Shown here: piece by piece, positions 1 through 10,000 of the stretch
How positions within the stretch are numbered: the first letter of the stretch is position 1
Layout of the letters: every line of letters starts with the position of its first letter
Assembly (NCBI GenBank): GCA_977017575.1
Contig: CDRNVI010000066.1
Coordinates: forward strand, 124,001 to 188,000
DNA: 64,000 nt
Source: Paramoeba atlantica
Lineage: Eukaryota; Protista; Discosea
Direction of reading: 5' to 3'
Translations under genes and position numbers: made by a program
Notes under the pieces: model-generated
The model's input: only the letters and a program-made list of their open reading frames with translations
The model's database searches: none
What the model was told of the DNA's origin: nothing

Positions 1-2828
1 TGCGCATATTTCGTAAGAAGGATTTTCAATGCAGCAACGCTCGACTTTGAAAAAGAACTGTCTTCAACGAAAGAAAGTCGAGAAGCTTTCGAAACTACCT
101 TATAAAACTCCGGTTGCGTTTGTAATCGATAAAGAGCTACAAAGGTTGGTACAGCGTACTCAATGTTCAAGTAAATAGGTCCTGTTTTATTCGACTCTTG
201 GTCAAGAACATAGCTCAGACCCAACATAACAGCGTGTATTTCACGTGCTTGCGTTAGAACATCGGACAAAAAACAAGTCGCTTTCCCAGGGATGTTCAAG
301 GGACAACTACCTTTGCCGGATATCCACATGCTTTCAGTGGAAAAATTGGAGTGCCAAACAAGAGCCAAATAATCAAAAACCATTAAATTTTCCCTTCGAG
401 ATATATCTTTGCTTATCCCAATGTGAATCATGTGCAAGAGCAAATATACGGAGTTCTGATAAAGCCGCACAGCATAAGATTTTGCACTGTGGCTTCTTGC
501 GCCGTAAGTTATGCATCGGAGTAGGCCAACAGATAAGTCCGGCTCCACCCGAATTTCATGTGGATTTAAACTTGTAAGTTGAGAAAATCCACGTCGTAGA
601 AACGAAAGGAGACACTCGAACTGTTTTTGAAAATCCGGAACGTTTGTCATTAAGGCAGTCGCCAACAATATTAAGGCTAGAAGCACATTGTTTGAGCACA
701 TTTCTTGCTCTTGATTCGAAGTAACGGCTTCTTGGACAACCTCTTGCAAATTCTTGAGGATTCCAGTGGACACCCAAGATTTTTCTATTGATAGAGCTTG
801 TAGCAGATGTGAACTGAAATAATTCAATGAGTCAAGATCAAGCCGAGAAGCGAAAATTTCATTTTTCGTATCAGCTTTTGTTGCTAGCAAAGAATCTTTC
901 CACTTGATTGCATTGATCCGAAGTGCGAGAAGGAGCTTCTGGGTCCTGATTCTATCGCAATTTTCTGATTCTGATTTCGAAAATGAATTCTTGCTAATCT
1001 CTGCAAGTACAGATTCCATTGTTGCTAGCAAAGAGCACCACGGTTCTTCCATCGTTGAGACCACATCGCTCTCTACTTGACTCAGACAACATGAAAGACC
1101 TTTCAATACCTTGTCAACATTCTCAACATCGGGACCATTGTTCAAAATTGCAGTCAGAATGCTTTTGATTTCAATCAAAAGCTTAGCCATGAACCCTGCG
1201 CCATCTTCGTCGTCGAAGCTCAAGTACATAAAATTAACAAGCAATGATAAAGCCACATCACGTTGCGAGTCGTTTGCAGCAGTTTTCCACTTTTGCATTA
1301 TAACGCTCACCGAAGCTAAACGCAAGTCCCAGTTTGGATGCTCTAATACCCAAATTAAAGGAATTTTAGCGGACTCTTGTGAAATACTAGCGTACCGAGG
1401 ATCATCCCCAAAAGCATGGGACAAGGCATTGGCAATTGATAGAGCTTTTTCCAATGAAATTTCTTTAAACGCTTTTGACACGAATGCGTCAAACACTGTA
1501 GTGTTCCTTGCACGCAAGGTCTTCAACAAATTGATATAGGCAGGGTTTTGAGGTGGCATGTCACAAACTGGCTCACTTGCTTCTAGCAAGCTTATGGTGT
1601 TATGTAAAAGAGTGACCGTCATTATATGTGCAGGTTCCTCACTTTCTACTGTATCTAGTCGAAGAATACCAACGCGAAGAAAATACATCAACACAGTAGA
1701 AGTTGTTGTATCCGTCAGAGATGAGTATTGTAACACCGTTTTTAGTACTCTGTAAAACTTCGCTCTCAGAGCTTCGTGCTGCATTACATTGTGAAAGAGG
1801 AACACACTAAATACTGAACCGGATGCCGGAGTGGAGGCAGACCACGGAATATCTTTCCAAAAGTTTTGCGCCCACGACGCAGCAGTCGGATTAACTCTCG
1901 CTGAAACCAAGCTGAGAAGCGTGCCGAAATATAAGCAAACACTATTTTTTTGTTCTTCCATTCTTGTGCCGTATTCGGCTATACGTTCCATTGATTCACA
2001 AATCGAACGACAGCTATCTTCAAATACATCGTTGTTCAGGCTAACTATTTGATTTACTGCAATCATAATTAATAGCGCGGCACTTGACAGTTCGTAATGC
2101 TCACCCTGTATACCAGTGTAGACTAACGGTAACATAATGCGTAAAAGTCGTTCATTGGGATCGCGTTCACACAGCATAATAGAAATCTCTGTCCAGAAAA
2201 CAGTGGCGCTTTTGCCCAATGCATTATGCTGTAAGGAATCGCGAATCATGCGATTGACAAACAGTAGAGCACCCTCATTTTTATTTATGTGTTCTATGAG
2301 GGACCGTTGCGGGACTGGCGTGCCAGTTCGGGCATTTTTTTCCAAGAAGCCCCACAATGGTATCGAGCGCAGAGGTAAGAGCTGTATTAAACGAGCAAAC
2401 AGAATATGCTGCGAATAAGGCAGCGCACACCGCAACAGATCTTCAGTGTTGTATTTATGCGCGTCAAAGATTCGAATTATATACTCGAGAACGTAACTCA
2501 CCAGTGTTTTCAGAAAGTGTTGCGAACACATTACAAGCAGTGAACGAAGGTTATTATTAATAACGTTCTCAATTTCTGTGGAAAGAACTGACCGGTCAAC
2601 CTGAATCGAGTCTGCGGTAAATAAGACGCTTTCGTACCGCGCAAAGCGGCGATCAAGTTCTGTGAGACCTCGTAGACCACGAATTCCAATATCATGTATT
2701 TGTTCAGGTGACATGGCCGAGGCGTCGTTGTCAGCAAAAAGAAATGAAGCACAGCGTCTCAAAGGTTTTGCCTTATTGGGGAGGGAACCCCCCATAGAGA
2801 GGAGCTGCTTTTGTAAATCCGTGGTCAT
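1..2828 (-). CDS. UTP10: U3 snoRNP/SSU processome HEAT-repeat protein UTP10/HEATR1 (partial; runs off left edge, absent from ORF track)
   Basis: Manual translation from ATG at 2828 showed no stop in the stretches read (2828 to ~1200 and ~600 to 1): MTTDLQKQLLSMGG...ASFLFADNDASAMSPEQIHDIGIRGLRGLTELDRRFARYESVLF...VDRSVLSTEIENVINNNLRSLL...YVLEYIIRIFDAHKYNTEDLLRCALPY, matching the conserved UTP10/BAP28 N-terminus. Confidence 0.9.
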   Translation of the reverse strand, partial: MTTDLQKQLLSMGGSLPNKAKPLRRCASFLFADNDASAMSPEQIHDIGIRGLRGLTELDRRFARYESVLFTADSIQVDRSVLSTEIENVINNNLRSLLVMCSQHFLKTLVSYVLEYIIRIFDAHKYNTEDLLRCALPYSQHILFARLIQLLPLRSIPLWGFLEKNARTGTPVPQRSLIEHINKNEGALLFVNRMIRDSLQHNALGKSATVFWTEISIMLCERDPNERLLRIMLPLVYTGIQGEHYELSSAALLIMIAVNQIVSLNNDVFEDSCRSICESMERIAEYGTRMEEQKNSVCLYFGTLLSLVSARVNPTAASWAQNFWKDIPWSASTPASGSVFSVFLFHNVMQHEALRAKFYRVLKTVLQYSSLTDTTTSTVLMYFLRVGILRLDTVESEEPAHIMTVTLLHNTISLLEASEPVCDMPPQNPAYINLLKTLRARNTTVFDAFVSKAFKEISLEKALSIANALSHAFGDDPRYASISQESAKIPLIWVLEHPNWDLRLASVSVIMQKWKTAANDSQRDVALSLLVNFMYLSFDDEDGAGFMAKLLIEIKSILTAILNNGPDVENVDKVLKGLSCCLSQVESDVVSTMEEPWCSLLATMESVLAEISKNSFSKSESENCDRIRTQKLLLALRINAIKWKDSLLATKADTKNEIFASRLDLDSLNYFSSHLLQALSIEKSWVSTGILKNLQEVVQEAVTSNQEQEMCSNNVLLALILLATALMTNVPDFQKQFECLLSFLRRGFSQLTSLNPHEIRVEPDLSVGLLRCITYGARSHSAKSYAVRLYQNSVYLLLHMIHIGISKDISRRENLMVFDYLALVWHSNFSTESMWISGKGSCPLNIPGKATCFLSDVLTQAREIHAVMLGLSYVLDQESNKTGPIYLNIEYAVPTFVALYRLQTQPEFYKVVSKASRLSFVEDSSFSKSSVAALKILLTKYA

Positions 2829-3279
2829 GGTCCAACACACGCAATAGGAATAAATAAATAATTTCTATACAGCAACAATAAAGGTGAAGATGTATTTAAG
2901 ATTTTTAATTCTATATTAAATTAAATTCTATATTATATTTTGACCCCCCGCTCCTACCTATTTAAGATAGGCTTTATTGACGGATAACACTATGGATAAT
3001 CTATTTAAGGATAAAATCGACTTTTCCACATCGCCGTGGCACCAAATCGGGAAAGGCTCCCTCACATCAGCATCAGCTGGCGATTATCGCCAAAAAGAAC
3101 GCGGAAATCTCTTCAATCTGGGACGTAAAGATGGAGTGCCCTCAGACCTCACAGGAGGTCGAGGAACATCGCCCAGCGAGCACCGCCAGGGCTTTTGAGG
3201 CCGACTTCTCCAGGGCACAAGACGACATTATTTCTCAATGGTTCACCTTACTCTGCCAGGACACTAGGCAGGAACATAG

Positions 3280-4035
3280 GGAAAATTAATCGAGGATAGG
3301 GCACATCTGTGCCACGCATGCGGGCTAGTTTTCATGGACCAGCGAATGATTACGGAACACAAATTCGTCCACGAGCACGCGGCGGCCCGTGCAACCGCCC
3401 ACATTCTCGAGGAGCATAACGCGTGGCTGGGCGAGTTTCAGCGAATCGCTCATTTAAACGGACCTCATGCAGGGCCCCCGGAGAGCGGGAACATCGTAGA
3501 CCCGCCACCGCCTCCTAAGGCTGACACCCCTCCTATACGGCCACTGTTGTGGGGAGCACACGGCTCATCGGCGAAGCCCCTTCCCGTCCCCCTGCCTCTC
3601 TCCCTCCCGAACTGAGGGAAGAGGAATGGGTCAGGGTAAACCTGAATCTGGGGCCCCTCGTCATGGGTCGTATCCTGGTTGTGGTGCCCCCCGGATGCCT
3701 CTTCGTGGTCTGGTGCACGTAATGGGCCTCATGTTCGGGGTCTCGTCGGACCGCGTGTGTCTCACCAACGAACTTGGAGGCCCCTGGAGACGAACGAGGA
3801 CTTGGGCGCCTCGGCCGACATGTGGGCAACCCTGCTGGTCCCTCACAATGACTTGCATCCTTCCATCATGTAAGGGTGTTCGACCGATGGCTCATGCATC
3901 AGAACGGATGCCCCGATTCCCGCGCAGAATATCCCTTTCTTCCTGTTTCGCTCGCTCGCTTTAGCACACCGCCTCGCATGTGCCTGGACCCTGTTTGAGG
4001 TTGACGCCGGGTCAGTGGACTGGTGCATCCTCTGA
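3280..4035 (+). pseudogene. Decayed plus-strand coding relic with C2H2 zinc finger and Pro-rich linker (possible retroelement remnant)
   Basis: HLCHACGLVFMDQRMITEHKFVH (from 3304) is an exact C-x2-C-x12-H-x3-H finger. In-frame TAG stops lie just upstream, and coding-like text continues across frames with stops. GC-rich and antisense to all host genes. Confidence 0.45.
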
Positions 4036-4062
4036 GGGGTTATTTGTCTGAGGGGTTATTTG
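4031..4062. repeat. Perfect 16-bp tandem duplication TCTGAGGGGTTATTTG x2
   Basis: Copies at 4031-4046 and 4047-4062, at the right boundary of the plus-strand relic. Confidence 0.9.
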
Positions 4063-4325
4063 CCGACTCCGTGCCACTCCGCGGTTATACCATGCAGCAA
4101 TGAACCATTCAAAGCTTCAAAAACAAACTTCGCACAAAGATACGAAGCACGACTAAACTCAAGGGAAATAATAAGCATGGTACTACTGAGCACTAGGCAC
4201 ATTGTCATAGTTTCGAAACATTGCGACATCCACAATTCAGCATTCTACTTCATACCAATGCGAATGCATTCATGCCAATCTACATGCATCATAGTACTTA
4301 TCAATCCCAGTCTGATGCAGTAATG

Positions 4326-5345
4326 TTAAGGTTCCGTCTCACTGGCCCTCCAGCTAGCCACAGTCTCCCATTCTCCTGATTCTGGATCCTCTTTGAGACA
4401 CACGATCCTTTGGTCTTGTAACGTAACACTTAGAATAGTTCCGACGTTAGACCACGCCACTCGTAGGGCAGCTCCCGGAACTTCTCTTCCCTCAGAAAGA
4501 ACAGTTTTATCCGCTAATTCCGGACAATTTATTGACCTTTGCGTCCAACGAGAATCATTTGCGTACTGCATCCATATTCTAACTCCACTTACACCCGCAA
4601 GAGCGATGTAGCTGCACGGCAGCCCTACGTTGGGGGCCCATGCGACGTCTAACCAAGGAGCCCATCCTAAATTTTGTTCATCTCTCAGCTCATGATCGAT
4701 CAACCACTGTGCATTCGATGCGTTTCCTTTCCAGATTCGCGCGCACGACTCGTTGCCACATGAGACGAAACACGCTGGAACAACTAGAGAGGCATCAATG
4801 CCGCTGGATAGTAGGCCATCGCTCGTGCTTGGTTTCAGTGGTAAGGAGTGCAACCGATTTGGTGGCATATCGGGAGACCACGATAAAGAAGTACAGCCAT
4901 CTTCGTGAGCCATAAAACTTGACTGCAGCCATCTATTGTTTTTATCATATCGCACAACAGTTATCTCACCAGAAGTAAAGGAAATCGCAAGAAGCGTACC
5001 AAACCCTTGTGGAGCCCAACTAACGCATGTGGCTGGTCCATTTGATAGGGGGAAAGACATGTCAATGGACCAAGTTGTGCTACCAGAACCGGTATTCTCC
5101 CTGTACAAAAAGAATTGGTCGGAACAAGCGGCAATGAAATGAATTTTCAAAGATCGGTGATAATACCACTCCATGCACGTGACATGTGGTTCTCCTGAGC
5201 GAGTTAATATGCTTTGCTGCAAGAGATTTTGGTTCCTGGATTTATACTCGATATCGAGCAAACATACGTGCAGGCTGCCATCGGAATAAGCGACAGCAAC
5301 TCGCTTACGAAAGGGGTCAGGCGCAAATTCGCACACGCTATACAT
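4326..5345 (-). CDS. SEC13: COPII/nucleoporin WD40 protein SEC13
   Basis: WD repeats with SEC13-specific motifs: CVSWAPQGFGTLLA, AHEDGCTSLSWSP, DVAWAPNVGLPCSYIA, VAWSNVGTILSV...LKEDPESGEWE. Confidence 0.88.
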   Translation of the reverse strand: MYSVCEFAPDPFRKRVAVAYSDGSLHVCLLDIEYKSRNQNLLQQSILTRSGEPHVTCMEWYYHRSLKIHFIAACSDQFFLYRENTGSGSTTWSIDMSFPLSNGPATCVSWAPQGFGTLLAISFTSGEITVVRYDKNNRWLQSSFMAHEDGCTSLSWSPDMPPNRLHSLPLKPSTSDGLLSSGIDASLVVPACFVSCGNESCARIWKGNASNAQWLIDHELRDEQNLGWAPWLDVAWAPNVGLPCSYIALAGVSGVRIWMQYANDSRWTQRSINCPELADKTVLSEGREVPGAALRVAWSNVGTILSVTLQDQRIVCLKEDPESGEWETVASWRASETEP

Positions 5346-5811
5346 GTAAAAATAAAGTTATGCGTGGAAATTAATTTTGTAAGGTATTTTTATGTTACAT
5401 ACACTTCTGTTCTACTGTTAAAAGGTCGAATGTTTGAATCGTAGCGTCTCGTAATTTGTGTCTATCCTTTCTAGCTAAATCACGCAAGGATTATAGTTCC
5501 TAGTACCGTGCTATGATCAGGGTTCGACTTTCCGGTGGAATATGCTGATTCGGGAGAACTTCTCAGAAGAGGAAGCCAGTTATCTCTTGGCCATTAAGGA
5601 AAAAACTGAAAATGTTTTTAGGGTGGGCAAAAAAAAGGCGGGGTTTTCGATGAAAATTTTAAGGTCTCGGAAGAAAAAATTAATGATTTTTAATGTTTTG
5701 GCCATTTGTTTTGACTGCCAAAAGTCAATGGAGCTACCATTTTTTTTGGCTCGCAGCTCTCGTAATCGACTGGGAAGACTGTTTAAAGTATCGATTACTG
5801 ATCTTTTTTTA

Positions 5812-6872
5812 CTGTGCCCCCCCCACTTATAGTGCCGCGGTTTTCGACCAAACGGCACTATAAGTGGGGGGGGTAGCATGTTTCAGGTCGAGGGTGAAAA
5901 TTTTTCCACCCTCAAAAAAAAAAAGCGCGCCGCTCTTCTTTCTATTACTGTGACCCCCCCCTTATACTTCGCCCATTTTGGGCAGTAACGAAGTATAAAG
6001 GGGGGGTCTGAATTTTTTCCCCGCTGTAAAAAGAAAGCCGCCCCGCTTCGCGGCGCGGCTCATCCAGTTTTCCTGTCTTTCCTTTTATACATATATAACC
6101 TTCCATTTCTAGAAGGAAAGGTATAGAATGTTCTTGTTTTTTCTAAAACCTTTAGAAAAATTACGAAAAAATTACGAAAAAATCGTCCCCCCTTCAGGGG
6201 GGGGCACACAAAAAACGAAGTATAAAAGGGGGGTCTGACCAGCGAAGTATAAAGGGGGGGTCACAGTATGTAGTTTTGAGTGCCTAAGCGCTGTAAATCG
6301 TGTTTATGCTCCAGTGCTGCGCATGTGCAATCGTGTGATGGGATGTTCAGGGGGGTGCAATAATGCGCAAAAGATGTCTGGATGAGTAATGTGTGGCAGA
6401 ACACGGTGAAATAATTCCATGAAGTACGTGACTCGATTCTAGAGATCCGAAAGAGAAATCTACAAACTGTAAACCCGAATGCCCCCTAACACTCATGGCG
6501 CGTTTACAGAGCAGGGCGACATTTCGCCTTCCCCGGACAGTCTGGCCCAGCTCCTTGAGAGGGGCTAGCTGCGTACACTATACGCAGTCCAATGTCCTGC
6601 GTGGAAGGGCCACGAGTGTGCGCTTTGTCCGGCGCCTCGTTTTCGTGAGAACCAGCAGTCATGGAATGTATGAAGGGAACTAATAATAAAGTCTCAATGA
6701 TTTCCATAAATGAAAATGTTAGAAATTTACAATATATTTACTCCACCTTTTTGGTCAAAAAAGAATTGGTCAATTTTTTTTTCGGACATTTTTTTCCAAA
6801 ACGGCACTATAAGTGGGGGGGTACCCCGCGGCACTATAAGTGTCGGGGGGGCATAAGTGGGGGGGGGCATAG
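5812..6872. mobile_element. Non-autonomous TIR element (MITE A), Tc1/mariner-type TA target duplication
   Basis: TA|CTGTGCCCCCCCCACTTATAGTGCCG at left and ATAAGTGGGGGGGGGCATAG|TA at right; subterminal CGGCACTATAAGTG repeats near 5853, 6802 and 6829; no transposase ORF. Confidence 0.75.
5948..6266. mobile_element. MITE B nested inside MITE A
   Basis: TA|CTGTGACCCCCCCCTTATACTTCG ... CGAAGTATAAAGGGGGGGTCACAG|TA; internal CGAAGTATAAA(A)GGGGGG repeats at ~5989, ~6216 and 6243. Confidence 0.8.
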
Positions 6873-7087
6873 TATTTTTTTATTTCTGCTTACCTGGCCT
6901 CGTTCAATAGAGATTCCGTTGGCTTAACAATGTCGATCTTTAACTGAGACCGAGCTTTGGGGCGAAGGTTCGCATGGGTGTAATCATCCACGTTTTGCGC
7001 TGTCTTACGCAAAAATCTAACTTCAGAAGTTTTTATTTCCTTGGCCATAAGAAAGGGGGTATCACAGTATCATTCTGGTCCGGAAAT

Positions 7088-10000
7088 TCATATGTCATAA
7101 CGCAATACACTTCGCTGAAACTTTGCGAGATTTAGTCTAATTTTTGAAGGAAGCACCACAGGGCAATATACTATATATTCGGTAAAACCTGTGTTATTTA
7201 TAGTTGCTTCAGAGGATTCTTTCGAATGAGCGTCAATATCAGTGCTCTGCCTCGCAGAGGCTGATTTTTCAGGACACAATAAGCTATCTTCTTGACCGTC
7301 GGCATATTCATACGCATGTTTTACGGGTACGTCAGTAGCGTAAAGTGTGCATTGAAGTTCGTCCAAAATATAGTGGAAGAGAGATTCGCATGCCTTTAAG
7401 CGGTTATCCGAGGAAAATCTTTTGTTACGTGAGATATGCGACTCACTAGAGGATAGAGGATAGAATCTAGAAAATTCGTTTACTAAATATTCTTCGATGG
7501 TCTTCATATGAGCGACGAATGTGCTTTCCAGATCCATTTTTGTACATGTATCTTGAGAAGATGCCTTACCTGGAAGAATGCGACAACATAAGCGAGGAAC
7601 GAATTGTGTATACAGGAATTCGGCGGCTCTTTGCATAGTTATATTATCGAAAAGTGTGTGGAGAATGGACGCCCCCATTTCGTCTGGCACTGTCACAAAC
7701 TTGTCTTCCGATATATCACCGTGTTTAATATCTCCCGTCTTCATATATTCAGAACGCTCAATATTTGATAAACAATTCGTATAAGATGCCTCATCGTACC
7801 ATTGAAAAACATCATTATTGATGCTCGATTCAGACATTTTCCGATGTTTTGAAGCCCCAGGGTACGGCTGAGCAATATGTTTTAAGTGGTGACAATTGAT
7901 TAAGTTTCTCGAGGCGTTTCGCATAATTTGTATAATAGCTTCAGAATTCTGATTCTCTCGGTAAAGTTTCCGCTGGTACATAAGAGCCGCAAGTTCCTCT
8001 GTTGATGAAAGGCATAGCTGCAGCACTACATGGCGGCTCCCAACCGTGATTGAAACACCACGTGCTTTTGAAAAAGAAGTGTTCAGAAGCATACTGATAT
8101 TTCCACCGCACGATATAGCAAGAAGACGAATCAAAGTACTGCTCACCGGCAATGCATGGGCAGAGTTTACAAGTTTCCGGTTGTTGAGCAGCACGCTTTT
8201 GTCTGCAAATACTAAAATGGGTTCCAACGGGGCCTTTTCTTTCTTCACTGAACCCAGCAAAGATCTATGAGATATCGTTGTCTGGTTGGCCTCAGAAAGT
8301 GAACGCCACGTGATTTGATGCAAATACTCAATCTTGTTGATTTCAAGTTCCGTCGTGGTACGATTACCCGCAGCTGCAGACGTAAAACATTTCGTTTCAG
8401 GGTCCGTTACATTCGTATTACCTGTGACAGTCAGTCTTTTATCTTGCTCTTGTAATAATGAAACCTGCATGGAATTCGATTCATTCAGTGCCAAATCCAG
8501 ACTCTGTGCGAGTTTGCTCTTTTTTGCAAGGGACTTTTCTATTTTCTCTGCTTTTATAGTTTTTGTGTCGAATAGTAAGCTGCGCGATACAGCCAACTGA
8601 TTAAGATAGGTGACTCCATCATTAGCTTGGCTTACTAATTTATTCTCAGAAGCGTCGAAATTCTTGGTTTTAAAACATGAAATTTTCTCATGGGTAGTTT
8701 CCAAATGTTTTGCACCACTACTGAACTCTACTACAAAGCATTTCATCTTAGGAAAAAATCCCGCTTTGCTGACAATTGTTTCACGACAGAAAGGTAAACG
8801 CTTGACTATCAAAGCGTGAAGCTCATTTTCTTGTAGAGTAATATCGCCCAGAGTTTTGTAAGTACAGACTGCGGAATTGTGATCAAAGTCGTTTACATCC
8901 AGGAGACTTTTAATTTTTTGATGATTTCCCACTGCGCGTAACGCATAACTTGAGTGGCCTATAAGTATGGAATGCGGATTCAATGCCAAGCTGCAGAGAT
9001 AAATGGTGCAAAATGTTGCTAGGGCAGACGATGAGAGATTTAAAAGGGCGTAAAGTTCGCTAGGGGCCTCAGGGTACCGTTTTGGGAACAGAATACTTTT
9101 TCGCAATAAATCAAATGATGAAATATGGAGACGAGTTACGTCGCATAAGCGAACAAGTAAGTGCCTGAGTCTTTGCTCTATAGCCAAGATTTTTACTCTA
9201 CTAAGCGCGTACTTTTTCAAAAACGTAGGATCTTGATGCCTGATCCACTGTCTCATTATCTCAACGTGCAGCAAATTATCTGAAAAGCAATTGCCTATGA
9301 TTTTCGCTTTTCCTCTTAGATACCTCTCCTTCGTTTTACCTATCTTGCTATATAGACGAACCTGGCTGTTCTTATTTCTAGGTGTGTCATGAATATCTGT
9401 AGCAATCGTGTCGAGTGCACACGTTAATAAGGCAAGTACAACAATTTCTGGATCACCCATTCGTAGGGAAAGATGAAGTAGCTTTGACAACTCAATGCTT
9501 AGACGTAAACCATGTGATATCATTCCGATGTCACTGACTTGAATAATACTATCCACTTCGTCATTCTTTTTTTCCGAGATGACGACAGATATGATGCCAG
9601 ATGATTTTAGATCTGATAGTGCGGCTTGTACGGCATGGGATGATAACGCAAGTGGTGGCAACCTACAATTTTTGAGCAAATGAGAAGTTCGGCGCCAATA
9701 AGGATCCATACAAACGAGTTGAAGAATTATATCACGATTTGATGTGCGAGTGTGCTCCGCCATACCATAATCTGGTAAATCACAATAGAACGCTTCGGAA
9801 AACAGATGTAGCACATAACCATTTTGCGTGCGACCAACACGTCCCCGCCGTTGTAATATGCTTGACTTTGAGCACCATTCTAAGACAAGTTTTTTCTCCG
9901 CAAACCCATTGCAATGTCCTGTCGCTTGAGTAACTCGATGGCATCCATAGTCAAGAACCAGTCCGACGTTTGCAAGTGTCAGTGAAGTTTCGCCCAATTC

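Noticed and set aside
5490-5545. tRNA-like GGTTCGACT T-loop motif
   Set aside because: The T-stem does not pair (CAGGG vs TTCCG) and no acceptor, D or anticodon arms can be built.
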